From a virus (taxonomy: Duplodnaviria; Caudoviricetes), in IMG/VR virus record IMGVR_UViG_3300028888_001547, positions 42,599 to 106,598 of that record: a DNA stretch of 64,000 nucleotides, one strand, 5' to 3'. Below are positions 1-14,122 of this stretch, piece after piece. The first letter of the stretch is position 1, and every line of letters begins with the position of its first letter. Made by a program: the position numbers and the translations under genes. The notes under the pieces were generated by a model. That model had not been told where the DNA came from and searched no databases. It worked only from the letters and a program-made list of their open reading frames with translations.

Positions 1-767
1 TCTGCAGTAGGATTATCTATACCAGCCGCACTCAATTTATTCTTTGCCAACTATCTATAATAATCTGCATATATACTACCATTCCAGCCGGGAGTTTGTC
101 CAGAAGCAATGTCAAGAAGATCTTTTGTAGTAAATCCTAAATAGTCGTATCTTGGATCATACTGCATTCCAAACGATTCAACTCCAGCTTTATCCAACAT
201 GTGAGCTGTTCTGTTATTATACCAAGATTCTGTAAGCTCTTTAAGCGTTTTTACTTCTGCTGGAGATGTTCTATCCCATATTCCATTTCCTAGAGTACTC
301 CAATTATCCAATGATCTCCCTTGATTAGCAAAATTCTCAAAATTAGGATCCCACTTACCAGTTGCTTCAAGAATGCCTCTGTTTTTTATATATTCTTTAG
401 CGTTCTCAGCGCTTGTTCTGAGTTTAGCAACTTTACCAACATCAATACTATTGATCATCTGTGCAATAGCAGCACGGCCTTCAGCAGATCTAGTTAAATC
501 GATACCTTTAGAATACGCGTCATTAATGAAATTCCTAATTCTACCTGTAACATTGTTGTTATACCACTCTTGATCAGCAAGAATAGGAGTAATAAAATCA
601 CCGTACTCCTTCTTGAATTCCTTCATATCTTGAAGTCCTTGCTGATAATCCGCATAAACAGCATTAAAGTATTTGTCCTAAGCATCTAGGACCATTTTAG
701 CCATTGTTGGATCGAATATTTGCTGTCCTGTATATTCGATCGGCCTTTCATATCCTAAAAATGCCAT
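1..767 (-). CDS. Virion cargo/ejection protein (partial, runs off window; TAG=Gln)
   Basis: ATG at 767 (MAFLGYERPIEY...) is in frame with ORF 51..626; open to the window edge when TAG is read through; lies downstream of the muzzle and first cargo gene as in crAss-like gene order. Confidence 0.6.
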
Positions 768-769
768 AA

Positions 770-2866
770 TTATTTAAAATTTGAATTAAATGTATACGGT
801 TGATATGTATCATACCAAGGTATATAACTTGGAGTACTATAACGCATCAATGACGACGGAATATTATATTGCAAAGATGGTTGGTACAAAGAATTAGAAA
901 ACATCCGTGGAAGCGACGTATTTAATCTTGGAGCAATATATGGAGATGTTCCAATAGATGCTGTCGCTTTTGTAGATGGTGTTACAGCAGTTGGTGTATT
1001 GTTTCCGTTAAGCCAATTATTTAACCACTACTATTCAATATTTGTTTTTTTATCAATTAATTCCAACTCTTTTTCTTTAAACTTCTACGCCTACTTAAAT
1101 TGACTATAATCCATTTGATCTTTTACAAGATATGGTAAAGGTGCAAATCTATTCTTCCAATTATATGTATCTTTTAAATCCTTTGCACCAACAGCTCTTG
1201 CATATCTATTAAGCTGATCAGTAGCAGTTTGTATACGCATATCTTCCGCATGAGCGTCAGTATTAGCTAATAGTTTTCTAGCAGTTTCTCTTCTTACTCT
1301 ATTGTGTTCGTCTATATTGAGTAGCTGCTTCATTTTTTCATTCAATCCGGTACGATCTGCAGAATCCATCAAAACAGCTCTTCCGCCCATACCGATACCA
1401 GGCATACGGCTAATTGCATATTTGTTTCTAGCAACTTCGTCGTCTATCATATTCATGTAAGGTCTAGAAGGAATCATGTCGCCTAATATAGCGTATGCCT
1501 AATTTCTTGCAGAAGAATAATCCGGTGTTACGAGTGGTGCTTCTGCTGGACGATTTATATCCTTATTGTACTGTTGTGTGGCAGCTAGCATCTATGCTAT
1601 GTTTGGCATAGCCATGAATGCTCTATCCCACCAGCCATCTTTAAGTCTAGGAAGTTTTCCGCATTTATATCCTTTTCCGTTTTTATATTTCATTTGCATA
1701 TCATTCATTGCTTCAAGCGCCACGGATTCATTTCCGCCATTTTTAATATAATCTGAAATTCCGCCTTTGTTTGTCCATACAATAGATCGCGGATCACTTA
1801 TCATTTCTCCAAGTAGCGTTCCTTTTCTTGCTACGTATTCGTCCTTATTATTCTTTTTACCTGGTACTTCTACCTTAAGTCCTCCTAGCTGTACAACTTC
1901 TCCTCCAGATAATCTAGCAACGCCTTTACCGCGCGAATATCCAGGGAGTTTTCCATTAGCCGCACCAAGACTACCAGATTTAGTTCTACCATAAAAACCC
2001 TATTGTGCGTCTTTACTTTTAGCAATGGATTCTGACATACGTCCCTCCATTGTTGTAGCATCGGTAACATCTTGAGCAGCTTGCCTTGTTTCTTCTTCTG
2101 TATCTCCGAATCCAGCAAGATATGCCAATCCTCCAAGAAGTGCTCCTGCTCCTGCTCCAATGGCTGTTCCTACTACTGGAAAAGAACTTCCGGCTGCCAT
2201 TCCTGCCAATGCTCCAGCAGACATACCCGTTCCAATAGAAGACGCTGTAAAATTAAGGTTTCGGCTTGCACGCTAAGCTCTCGCATATTTGAGCTCATTT
2301 CCTAGATTTACACCACCATATTTAGTATACTGATTACCTAAGTCTGTTGTGTATATATTTTTAGTCAATGTATCGCGCATCTAACCAGCACTTCTATGGT
2401 CTTTGTTTGCAGCAAATTGCATACCCATATCAGCAAGACCATATGCTGTGCCTATACCAGCAGTAATACCTCCTAAAGAATTTAATCCAACTTTACTTGC
2501 TGCCTGTCCAACCCCTTTTTGTCCAATTGAATTTATATTTCTTATTACGTTAGAAACATCTCTTACTCCACTTGATGCCAAAGACGCTCCAAATCCAGAA
2601 GCCGCAGTATTCACAGCAGCATTTGCAGCTGGTACAAAACTCTTTAAATTTTTTAAAGTTTCTAAAGCAAACGATGAATTTATTTGAAGCTTATTTAGTG
2701 CACTAGGAATAGTATTCTATCTAGTTGTCTATATCTCAGGATACAGATTCTATCCAGGTGTACTGCTCATCTATTGTCCTCCAATCCCGTAGTTGGGTTG
2801 GTAGCCTAAACTAGTAGGCATTCTTGTTCCCAGCCAATATCTGGGCAATTTATTTTTTCTTTTCAT
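770..2866 (-). CDS. Virion cargo/ejection protein with Gly/Ala-rich transmembrane segments (~698 aa, TAG=Gln)
   Basis: ORFs 2381..2614, 2000..2224, 1592..1804 and 1091..1477 share one frame; ATG 2866, TAA 770; glycine-zipper helices (AGALAGMAAG..GAGAGALLGGLA). Confidence 0.7.
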
Positions 2867-2867
2867 A

Positions 2868-5800
2868 TCAACTATAAGATTGTCTGAATTTAGTTATTAT
2901 GTGTGATATAGTAAGGAATTCTGTTGGATTTGTACTCTTTATATTTACTCTTAGCCATTTACCGCGTATTCTGTTTCCATAACCATCTCCTGTGATATAT
3001 CTAGGTATATTATATATCACATTACCTTCCCTATCAGTATACGGTTCCATATTGCCGCTGAACTCTTTATTTATAATATCGCTTTCAAACGACATTACCG
3101 CTCCTTCTAAGAATGCACTATGATCTACTTGTGTGAAAGCATCTCGTTTAATTGGAATAAACTGCTGAGAATCAAATACTTTTGTTACAGATGCCATTGG
3201 GTTTACAATAAAACTAACAGCCAATGGATATAAATACGAAGTAGCTTGTTCTAGATAGTTATGCTTTTTTATATCAAGTTTTTGATGTTCGTTGTCTACA
3301 GTCAAACCATACAGGTGATTCTTTATATATAACATAAAATCATAACGTCTTGTATATATAGAAGTACCGATATTATACTTTATGTTTAGCACCATCTAGT
3401 CCTAACCTAAACATTTACACAACACTTCGTCGTTTTGTAAATCGTAATCTACATGCGGAACATCTGCCGTTATGTATCGATTTACTAAGTTTTGAATATT
3501 TAGTTGTTCTCCTACATTTATTGCCCTACTTTCTGCAAGTGCCGCAATAGCTTTATTATTTATATCTACCCAGAACACTCCTCCTTCAGTTGTTCTAGCG
3601 CAGAAATCATAAAGACGCATTCCATATCTCGTACTTATATAATCATAACGTGACAATATGCCTGCCTGTCCCAACATTATAGTGTTGCTGTTCTGATCAT
3701 TCACAAGAGAACGTTCATTAACGCTGAACCGTCCGCATGCGTGATCTTGCCAGTAATACAACATGTTCTTATCTGTGAGTAGGTTTGTTATTTGTCCGTA
3801 TTTACTATCTACATCAATAAAAGATGCTGCTTTGAATATAAGGAAGTTATCTATAAACTCACCATTTGTCTTCAAATCAGAGTAATAAGTACGCTACTTA
3901 AAACTATTTGTTTCGTTTTTGTCTGTGCTTATTAATGTAAACACATCATTAGAAGCGTCGTTATCAGAATATATCATGTTATACTGATGAACAGGGCGGT
4001 CTTGTGTAGTAACGCCATCTATTTGCCCAGGTTCATATAACAGATTTTCGCTTTGTGTGTTCATAAGATTCATTCCATAATCAAAATAAGTATTTACTTT
4101 TGATTCAAGAGGAATGTAATTTACAACCTACGTGGACTGGAGTGTATCCATAGAGTTAAAATCATATGCTTTATACATAGTTCCCAACTCATGCGGAGTA
4201 ATATAAACATCTCCATCAAATACAGTTAGTGTTGTATTATCTTTTGGCGTACCATTTGCATTATACGATACATTGAAATAGTTTCCAAACCCGTAATATT
4301 GAGTAAATTCATCAGATTGAACATCACTTGTCTTTGCTTCGTGAGTTATATTGCATATAGAAGTATAGAAGGCACTAGAATTCAATGGGAATAAACCGGT
4401 TTCGTTCTCAGTAGTAAGTAAGAAACAAGATGGTCCCGCACCTATATATCCTATTTTTACAGCCTGATTATCTTGTGTCATTGGATATACAGCAGCTTGC
4501 AACCAGTTTCTATATCTTTTTGTTCTACCGTGCATCTCTGCTGAATTTGGACCATCCCCGTCACTTGTAGTATAGTCCATATTAGCCTGACTTTCTTCTC
4601 CAGGCCTTAAATCATATTTTGCGAATGAGACCCAATTGTTGTACACATAGGAGTCAATATTTGTAGTAAAACTCTTATATTTCTTTATGGCTGTATATAT
4701 ATCTTCATCTTCGTTTCGTTGTACTTCACTAAATGCTGAACTCCATTCAGGTATCTTTACATCTTTTATTTGATTTACGTCCTATGTACCAAAACCAGAG
4801 AACGATCCACCATTTGTTTTATAGAAGTTAAATATCCAATGTCTTGCCTATTTTTTGTCAGACGAAAGCTTTTCTACATAAAGTCTATTTATTCCTATTG
4901 TACCTTCTTGCGAATCATAATCAACAGGAGGTATTCTAGTGTTTACTGTTAATACTGTAGGCTAATATTGAAGATCTACTTTAATTACTATAGATCTATT
5001 TAACGTTGCCGCTTCGTTTATAAAATCGGTTACATTAGAATGTGATATTATGTTGTCAGAAATGCTCATGACAGGACCAGCTACTAAACTATCTGGCTCA
5101 AGTCTCATAAATTGCACGTCTGTTACGTTTGGATCGTCTACACTAAGTAGTATACTTTGAGCAGATGTACTCAATGGGCCAACTGCGAACATGTTTCCTT
5201 TACCCTAAACAACTCCAACATTATATGTTCTTGTCGTTTCTTCTGGAGTATAATACGAAGAATTTGCACTTGCTGTCATTGAGTTTGGAAGTGCTCCGTC
5301 ATATATAGTATCTTTTGTGCTGTTTGTATATTTAGCAAAAACAGAAGATACGTACAGCATTTCTTCTATATTTGTATCAGACGTATTTACTCTGGACAGA
5401 ACATCATTTCTTCTAAAGTCTATTTCAGATGAAAAAATCTAATATAATTTGTGGTTTCGAGTTCTCGCTCTAAGATCTGCATAATATCCAAGGTCCTGGC
5501 CATTTGGTGCAGATACCGTTTTACTATAATAATACGACGGAAAAATATACAACCCGTTAACAGACATAAATCCGCTAGGATAGAAAGGAGATTTTTTTGT
5601 TACACTATCCTATGCATCAGATATTTCTTGTATATTTGTATCAAGTATTGCTTGTGATATTGGTCTAGCTAAAGCAACCTATAGTAATGTTTTTTGATAT
5701 ACTTCTGAAGAAGATCTACGAATAACCTAGCAACCTACAATACTACTTATAGCATCTGGATCACCAGTAAGCGTCGGAAGTTGTATTTTTACTCCAATAG

Positions 5801-7238
5801 GATGGGCCAATAATTTTCCATTTACACATTCAAAAGGACGTGATGTGTTATAATCAGAAATCGCTTTTTCATCTAGACTTATTACATCTGTTCGTCTTCC
5901 TTTATTGTCATAAAATACTAATGCGTATTTATACTTCTCTCCGCGTCGTAAAGATCTTAAGAGACTAGAAGTAATCATATCATTGTAGGAAGCTTTTACA
6001 ATCTAAGGATTTACTCCACGTTCTGTTAAATAACTCAATACGGAAGAACCATCGGAGAAAGTACTATATTCATCTTTATAATAGTGTTTCCCGGGATCAG
6101 GTATATCTCCATCTATTTTATCTGATAATACAACAGTTGCTGTTATTTCACTTATTGACCCAGCTGTACCAAGGCTTACGTTTTTCAGTATTGTATCGTC
6201 TGTAACATTTCCACAAAACATATATTCCTAGTTCTGTTCTATTGTTTGTGGAATAAGTATAAGACCGGACATTGCGGCAAACTCCTCCATTGAAAGTTTT
6301 TGCAGAGGGTCTATACCAATATCGTTTAATACAAAAGAATTGTTTTGGCTTTTTATATCTCCATCGTATATCAAAGATACTTCTGCATCATGTCCGGGTG
6401 TTATATAAGATAGTCTATATACTTGTATTTTTTTATATCTGCTAGAATACCCGGTCATATCTATCGACAACGATAATCCAACGGACGTTTCTGTGTTTTC
6501 AGCATTACCTGTCTCTTTTGATCTAGACGAATCAATAACCTATATCTTATTAGTTAGAGGAGCTAATTGAGTGGTATTACCATATTTATTGTAATATCTA
6601 TATGTGTACTATACCTACTATGTTGTAAGTCTTCCAGATATAATATCTGTTATAACCACCCTCTTGTCTGGTATCTCTCTATTATTTATAAGACTATCAA
6701 TAGGTACAGGAGTTCCGTTCGTTATATAAGGATGATCCTGTTCATCGTCAACTCTTAAACTTATAATAGGGTCTTTACCAGTAGCTATGTATAGTTTTAT
6801 TACGTTTTCAAGCTCTTTATATAATACAGCTGATATCTTCCCTGGAGCATTTCCTTCCCATACACCGTTTGCAAACCAAACCTACTTAAATTCACTGCAT
6901 TCATTGTTAACTTCGTCAACAGTAAATTTCCATACGTGTAAGTCGCTATCATTTGTAGTAACAACAATAGCTAACTGATCTACAGAACATACTGCAATTA
7001 TTCGTTGATTGTTTGATATAGTACCGAGAGAATCTATACTGACGCCACTGGGTACAGGAGTAACAATTCCTTCGTGCACAGAAGAATAGTCACCAGAACT
7101 ACCAAGGAGCTGATTCTTAGTAATTCTAATGTTCTGACCATATATGTATTGCGCGTTGTCTATTTGGTCAAATGCGGTGTCAGAATTCATTCCCTTCGTA
7201 AACGAGTTTATATAGGAATTGTTCTCATTAGTAACCAT
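2868..7238 (-). CDS. Tail muzzle / stabilization protein (P22 gp10-like, ~1456 aa, TAG=Gln)
   Basis: Eight ORF fragments in one frame; N-terminal NSFTKGMNSD..Y..GQNIRI, internal LRRGEKYKYALVFYD and C-terminal RIRGKWL motifs typical of the crAss stabilization protein; TGA at 2868. Confidence 0.8.
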
Positions 7239-8184
7239 AATAGTAGTCGTTATAAGTTAATTGTTCTTTTCCAATATTCTTAAAGAATGTATCATCTCCA
7301 TCCCAATCAGGGATAAGCTTATTCCAATCATTCTTTATATTCTGCATATCATCAGGCGTTGGCATCATACATTCAGCATATGCCTGATTTCTATAAAAGT
7401 TCCACTGTTGCTGTGTATAATAGTATGTCTGCTGTGCATACTTCTATGCATATTTAGAACTACTAGTAGTAAGCTTACCACTCATAAACTTAGGGAACGT
7501 AAGCTTCATTACAACATACCAGTAAACTGCTTCCTAGAATGAAGGGAGGTCTGGAATAAGAGGATAACCTCTCTCATCTACTGCTATAGCTTTATATGAA
7601 AGCCGTATGAATCCGTGTCTCTTATTTGTTACAATCCAACCAGGTTTAATGAAATACTCAGGTTTATCTAAGTGATTTGGCAACCATTTGTTTGCATACC
7701 TCATTCCATTATACATGTATAGTTGATGCTATGAAGTAGGTAACTTGTACATCATAGGCTGGTGTGGAGGTGGTGGCATTGGCATAGGATCTGGTACAAT
7801 AGCAGGTTCCTGTATTGCCAAGTTAGCCGGATCGTGCATAACAGTAGCTGTGGGATGCGGGTGTGGATGAGGATGTTGCTTAGACTTAAATATCCTTGTC
7901 ATTGTACTCATCGGCTACCAGTGCACTCCATCTTTACTATATGCTACACCATCCAGAGACACTAAATCTTCTGGGATAGGAACCTAATAGTCTTGTATCT
8001 TTAGAATAGGTAAATCATCTGTCCCAGATTCTCTTGTGATATACTACATAGGAGCACCAATCTTTTCCACGGCTTCAAAAATCCACTCTCGTATATCTGT
8101 AGTACGCTGTTTCGCTTCTGTGGAATCCAAATCAGCCATGATTTTTGCTATGACTGATTCACACTTTGTATATTTGTATATCAT
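7228..8184 (-). CDS. Tail tubular / ring protein (~318 aa, TAG=Gln) with His/Pro-rich insert
   Basis: ATG 8184 (MIYKYTKCESVIAKI..EWIFEAVEKIG) joins ORFs 7729..7911 and 7534..7716; YKAIAVDERGYPLIPD motif; TAA 7228. Confidence 0.75.
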
Positions 8185-8602
8185 TTATATCTATATAATC
8201 GTGTTTATTAAATATTAGTTGAGCTAATCTGCGTTTATTCTATCTTACTAAACATAACTGATATTTGTATCTATCAGGGAATGTTCTAGGTATCTTAGAC
8301 CAGTATAGTCTATATTTATACCCATTAGAATGTTCATTCAAATGATAGATACGTTTATCATATTCTTTACTCGCTTTATAGTCCACAGATAACGAATCTG
8401 GAGTAAGCGTCTTGGGTCTATATTTACCCACCTAAATAAAACCTAGCCCATAAGGCATTTTAAAGCCGTCTGAGCGCTCTAACACGTATTCTAGAATAAC
8501 TTTACACATCTCGTCTAAAATGCGCTTGTAGAGGCTGTAATCAACCTCTACGGGCATTGTACGATACATGTCTCTAAACGTTAGCGATTGTTTACTTCTC
8601 AT
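8159..8602 (-). CDS. HU/IHF-like DNA-binding protein (~147 aa, TAG=Gln)
   Basis: ATG 8602; FKMPYGLGFI(Q)VGK and HLNEHSNGYKYRLYWSK motifs like crAss IHF-subunit homologues; TGA 8159. Confidence 0.65.
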
Positions 8603-9335
8603 CTTCCTTTGGTCCGTCAGGCTTTATACCGTCCAGCGTAGAGTTGTTATCATCATCGCTAGGTCTATTGAGCATAAATGCAAGCTCATTGTTCATTATA
8701 AGCTTTTTGATATCGGGAACCATCCATGTAGGAATCTGTATATCATCCTCGTCTGGATCTTCCACGCTATCTTCGTCTGCGTCATCTTCCGGCTTCTCAT
8801 ATACAGCTAGAACGTAGATATAATCAAGGAGTCCTTGATCCTGTAAACCTTGTACATATACATGCTTATCGTCCATATAATAGGCGGTCAGTTCCCCAAA
8901 CGTATACTTGCGGAAGTACTGATAGTGTCTACGAATATGATTCATATACTAAATATTCTCGCCGGCCTCATCGTGCACAGCAAGAATACTAGTCCATTTG
9001 TTTCCGTATATGTTTTCTAGAGTATCTTCGGTTTTTTTGGTAAACAAGTTTCTACCTTTATCCTCAGATTCTACAGGTATAAGCTTATGCTTAGTCTCCT
9101 TCAAAAATAAGAATTCACCGTCTATTAGATCGGTAATATCCATTCCAGCCTACTCCTTAGCTTCAACCTCATCCAGGTGTTTCTTCCACAGCATCCTGCG
9201 ATAATGATCAATCCAGGCTGCTATGTGTGCTCTTGAGAAGTCCTCGCTTTCGCTTATATTACTATTTCTAGCTATGAGAAGTATATCATCAATAATCTCT
9301 CTAAGAGATGTTTTCTATGGTGAAATCTTGCTCAT
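8592..9335 (-). CDS. Neck/tail ring protein (~247 aa, TAG=Gln)
   Basis: ATG 9335 joins ORFs 8949..9143 and 8592..8945; SLREIIDDILLIARNSNISESEDFSR N-terminus; position in tail module. Confidence 0.65.
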
Positions 9336-9336
9336 T

Positions 9337-10002
9337 TTATTTTGTTGTTGATTCAACTATTCTTATGTTATTGCTCTTAAGTAGCTCATTAGTATTATAG
9401 TTAACATACTTACGTTTTTCTACTTTCTTCCAATCCCATGTGAATAGTCTCTTTATGAAGTTCTTTTTGTTCTTATACTCTTTAGTAGTATAGATATATA
9501 AATACTGCTCATTCTGTATATCTAAGCCTATATTTACAGTATCTCTACCAATAGTATAGTAGACGGTAGTAAGATCATTATACTTTAAAGAATCAGTATA
9601 AGTAGTATCTTTTAGTATAGTTACTAAGTCACCCCCTACCCCCTTACTATCATTAACGTTTAAAACCTGAGATTGCGTTGCAGCAGTTAAAATAGATTTT
9701 GATTTAAGTTTTAACTTATTTCTTATACTATCTAACTTATGTAACGTAATATCGTTTTGTCTCTCTAATTCTTTTATGTCTAGCCTTAAAACATTATTAG
9801 CCTACTAGGAGCTATCTAATAACCCCTAATAGGCTTCAATGTTGTTCTGAGCCATTTCTAGCTCCTGTGACAGCTTTATATTGCTTCTGTGGGTATTTAT
9901 ACCCCACAACAGTAAAAACGCAACAGAAGCCACGCAAATGCCCTTAACGGCCATCTTCCAGTGGTTCTTCAGCCACAGGAGTGTCGTTAGTATGTTCATC
10001 AT
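9337..10002 (-). CDS. Putative spanin/Rz-like membrane protein (~221 aa, TAG=Gln)
   Basis: Missing from ORF track because of 3 TAGs; N-terminal TM segment (GICVASVAFLLLWGI) followed by coiled coil; overlaps the holin 3' end; TAA 9337. Confidence 0.55.
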
Positions 10003-10486
10003 CAAAATTTAGTTCTATTCCTGTGTAGTCCTCACCTTTCTTCCTGAGAAATTTACCGAGTAAACGCCAAGGACCCTTTGGATCAAGTGTATTTAAATTT
10101 TCTATAATGGACCAAATTTCAGTCAATGTTATAATTACGGCCGCACCTCCGGTAAGTAAAAATACTCCAGATTCATCAAATACAGCCCATTCGAGGCCAT
10201 GCAATAAAGCTAATATTATTGCTTCATCTTTGATCTTTCTAAGCGTACCATCCCAGTTCTTACCGCTTTCAATTTTCTTTTTAAGTTTCCTAGCTACTTT
10301 CATTCCGTAGACCATATCTACGGTTGTAGTAACGAAACATATCGCCAACAGATACCATATAGGAGCAAAGTACGATACTACAGCAGAACCTATGCCAAGT
10401 AAAAACTTGCCTGTAGCACTACCGTTAACCATTGTATTTAATGTGTTAGCAATAGCCTATAGTGTATGTGATATGTGTTGTATCAT
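9944..10486 (-). CDS. Holin (phage holin family 4-like)
   Basis: Several TM segments with D...G...A and EIWSIIENL motifs; upstream in-frame ATG 10486 with one TAG (alternative start 10432). Confidence 0.75.
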
Positions 10487-10489
10487 AAA

Positions 10490-11596
10490 TTAAGTAAATC
10501 TTCTCTTTGTTCCATCAGCGGCTTCGCCCATATCAGATATATAGAACCATATATTGATAGTCTTAGCAACAACTATCTGTCCGTTATACGATCCGTATAT
10601 AGTAAAATCTAAAGAATCTTTCCAATATGCTTCGCTTCCTGACTGTACTGATATTCTCCAGTTTCCACCATCCACAGTTTCTCCTGGTGAAAGTTCATAC
10701 GGTTTAACAATAATTGTGTGATCCCACTAATTGTATCCTCCGCCCGGTTTGTGCCAATACCAGCATCCCATTTCACTTTGACCAACATCAAATGTCCATG
10801 TAAGATCGTTGTGGCTTACACTTACTCCATTTACAGTAGCAATAGGATCATTATATGATAATTCTGTGCCGTTACTTGTATACATTGGTTCAAACCAAAC
10901 ATTCAATGGAATTCTAGGACCTGCAGGTCTCATCAAATAATCAGTACTTGTTTCATAGCCATTACTAGGATCTCCATGAGGAATACCTTGGCCAGCATCT
11001 GCAGTCTTCCATCCTACATCAGCAAGCATTACTACAGGTTGAACTGGAGGAGCATCTTCTGTAAACTGAGCAGTAAACGTAGTATCTCCATTTATTTGCG
11101 TAGAAGATACACTTGGACTCCATCCGGTAAACGTATGTCCAGATTTCGTCGGTGCACTCGGTTCTGTTGCATAACCACCATGCTCGACGCTTTGCGTGTC
11201 CCAAGTAGATCCTTCGGAAATAAATGTTACTGTGTGATACACTGTATCTGGAGTATATACAGGACTATATGTAACATCTCCAGTTGCATATCCTGTGTAT
11301 CCGTTATTCCATGCACCAGTGTATCCAGCCTTAGAAGGTACACCAGGATCGTCCAGAGCTGCACCTGGTTCATAATAACCAGAAGATATTACGGTGCCGC
11401 CTTCATTTACAAATACAACATAATATTTTTTAGCTACTGCACTTACTGGAACCAATCTATTGCTTGCAAAGCTTGCCAACGGCCCTTCTTGAGCATGCCA
11501 AGTAATTGCAATACTTTTGCATATGCACCTATTATTAGGTGTCAGAGAGCAACCAAGTATCTGGTTTGCCTCTGAATAAGTCATCATTTTTTTCAT
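10490..11596 (-). CDS. Fibre/surface protein with two Listeria-Bacteroides (InlB B-repeat/Flg_new-like) repeats (TAG=Gln)
   Basis: YHTVTF..QSVEHGGYATEPSAPTKSGHTFTGW plus an upstream degenerate copy; ORFs 10727..11602 and 10490..10675 joined by one TAG. Confidence 0.65.
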
Positions 11597-11598
11597 AA

Positions 11599-12516
11599 TC
11601 ACATTGTCGAATCATAGAATCCAGCACCAGTAACAGTACTGCCAAACGTAGATGCTCCGTTAACTACAATTCCGCGGCTTGCGTTGGTAGGAGTAAGTTG
11701 TCCATTTGAAAGTTTCCACAAACCTTCTAACGCAGTTACACGAGCTTCAAGAGCATTTAAGTTTGCATTCGTGGCATAGTTATTTTTAATGTTTGTTATC
11801 TGTCCACCAAAATCTGCATCTTCTAAGGCTTTGATCCTTGCTGTATTACTAGCAATAGATGCGCCATAGTTTGCATCTTCTAGTGCTTTAATTCTAGTAG
11901 TATTGCTGTTGATTGTACTATTCATTTGCGCAGCATCTGAGCTGTGCTGAATAATCCAATCCGCAATCTCCTTTAGAGTGTCAAACGATGCATCTGCACC
12001 AGCAACCAATTCTGCAATATATGTAGCAACAATATTTCTAACACTGTTGGTAACGCTAGCACTTCCGTTAAGCGTATCAATCGCGTTCTTAATATTGAGA
12101 CCATTTACTGTAAGATCACCTCCAACAGACAGATCTCTCTCTGCAGAAACATTACTTTTAAGTGTTGTTATACCATCTACACGAAGCGTTCCTTTTACCC
12201 ACAGGTCATTTGATACATTCTCCAGTGCACCAACTCGTGACAAGAGGTTTGATAATTTACTATAAATATCAGTAACTGTTGGTCCTGTAGTATCACCAGA
12301 AATATAAAGGTCTCCTCCAATAGAAGTTGTTCCATCAGTATGAGATATCGCAACGACTCTCTTATTAATAACGTCTTGGAAGTTATTAACAAGTATAGAA
12401 TCGCCAAAGTTACCGTCATACAATTGGAATGCATTCAAAAGAATATCGTTGTGGCTATCGTCCGAACTCGCAAGGTTTGTGTATATTTTAATATTCTTAC
12501 CTTGTTTCATAATCAC
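11599..12516 (-). CDS. Tail/head fibre subunit (coiled coil)
   Basis: GADASFDTLKEIADWI fibre motif; heptad repeats; C-terminal LEGLW..GFYDS. Confidence 0.7.
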   Translation of the reverse strand: MIMKQGKNIKIYTNLASSDDSHNDILLNAFQLYDGNFGDSILVNNFQDVINKRVVAISHTDGTTSIGGDLYISGDTTGPTVTDIYSKLSNLLSRVGALENVSNDLWVKGTLRVDGITTLKSNVSAERDLSVGGDLTVNGLNIKNAIDTLNGSASVTNSVRNIVATYIAELVAGADASFDTLKEIADWIIQHSSDAAQMNSTINSNTTRIKALEDANYGASIASNTARIKALEDADFGGQITNIKNNYATNANLNALEARVTALEGLWKLSNGQLTPTNASRGIVVNGASTFGSTVTGAGFYDSTM

Positions 12517-13607
12517 GAAATAGTTGAGTCATAAAATTCTGCACCAGTGACAGATCCTCCGAACGTAGACGCATTAGATACAGATATACCACGATTAGCC
12601 TTAGCAACAAGATTTGTGCCGTTATCTGACCACAATCCCTCCAATGCTTGAATTCTAGCTGTCAATGCTGCGATAAGGTCTGAATGTTCGTTAACAATGT
12701 TTGTGATCGTATTTATATTTGCAAGTCCGGCAGGCAGAGCGCATGTTGTTGTGTGTCCATCGCCAAACGTAAGAACAAGGTGATCACCATCCAAAGCTAC
12801 ACCAATAACAGCCCTAGCTCTTGTTTCATACGTAGATGCTGCATCTGCAGATTTCAAGAACGTATTATCGGTCTATCTAGCTGTATAATAATCATCTGGA
12901 TCAAATATTTGATCTCCGTCTATTGTAGTAGGCTATTTTCCAGCTGCAGTATTCCAAGTTATAATAAGTTTACGGTTTTCCCATACAACGTTGTCAATCA
13001 TTCCATCGATAACAAAGTCGTCAGCATCAACCGTAGAAATAGTAACGCCATTCTTATTCTTGAAATATATCGTACGATCTGACTTATTATAAACAGCATC
13101 GGCAATAAGATCATTGTTCATATCATCTGCAAGCTGATCTACCTTGTCATCAACGCCATCTATTTTATTATCCAGATTATCAATATCGCCTCCAAGCTCG
13201 TTGCCAAGATTGTTGATCATGTCTTCGAGCTCATCTTCACGATCAGTGGCACGCTGTGTTTCGTTATCAATCTTGCGGTTGAGTGTTTCTATATCAACCT
13301 CTTCTTTTTCCGCAAGATCTCCTATCTGTTGTGTTAAATTTGAATTGTAGTTTACAATATCCTTTTCAAGCTTAACGATACGGCCAGACATGTCCGTGTT
13401 CTTCTTAGTTTCCTTTTGAAGCTTTTTGATTTCCTTTGTACATTTACAATTATCCCAACATGGGGTACAAGGTACAACAGGAAGAGTATCGCCACTCAAA
13501 ATATCAACTTCGCCTCCGACAACAAAAGGATTATCGCAAACCTAATCAAACGGATTGCATTCGCAGCAACAGTTCTGCATTTCATTAAAACAATTTTCCA
13601 TTTCCAT
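12513..13607 (-). CDS. Fibre subunit with Cys-rich N-terminus and coiled coil (~364 aa, TAG=Gln)
   Basis: ATG 13607 joins ORFs 12933..13499 and 12513..12857; C-terminal LEGLW..EFYDS. Confidence 0.7.
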
Positions 13608-13609
13608 AA

Positions 13610-14122
13610 TCACGAAGCCATTTCTGAATCATAAAATCCGTGTGCAACAGCAGCACGACCGTTCTTAGCCTGTACTCTGCCTTCACCGTTAATCTCCCAA
13701 AGCATACCAGCTTCAAGTGCATTCAATCTGTTTATTATATCAGATAGATCTACTGGTTTGTATACGTCACCGTCTTTATAATACAAATCACCATCGATAT
13801 AAAGATTACCTTTGATGTTTGTATTACCATCTACAACAAGCACGTACGGATTACCTTTAGATCCGTCTCTATTGCCGATTGTAGTAACTCCACCATTTGT
13901 ATCTGCATATGAAATAGCGGACAGACGCTTGTTGATCATGTCCTGGTAGTTTTCTATAGTATCCTAGTTCGGAAAAAACCTCCCATCGTACAGTTGATAC
14001 GCATATGCAAGCGCATCATTATGAAAATCATTATCAACGCCTTTTGTTCCGTTTGACTTATTGGCGTCTAGTGTATGATTTAAAAGAGTTCCGTATACTC
14101 TAATTTCTTTATTTGCTTTCAT
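13610..14122 (-). CDS. Fibre subunit, paralogue of 11599..12516 (~170 aa, TAG=Gln)
   Basis: ATG 14122 overlaps the upstream TAA; shared HND..AYQLYDG.F...NYQD.INKR motif and GFYDS C-terminus. Confidence 0.7.
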
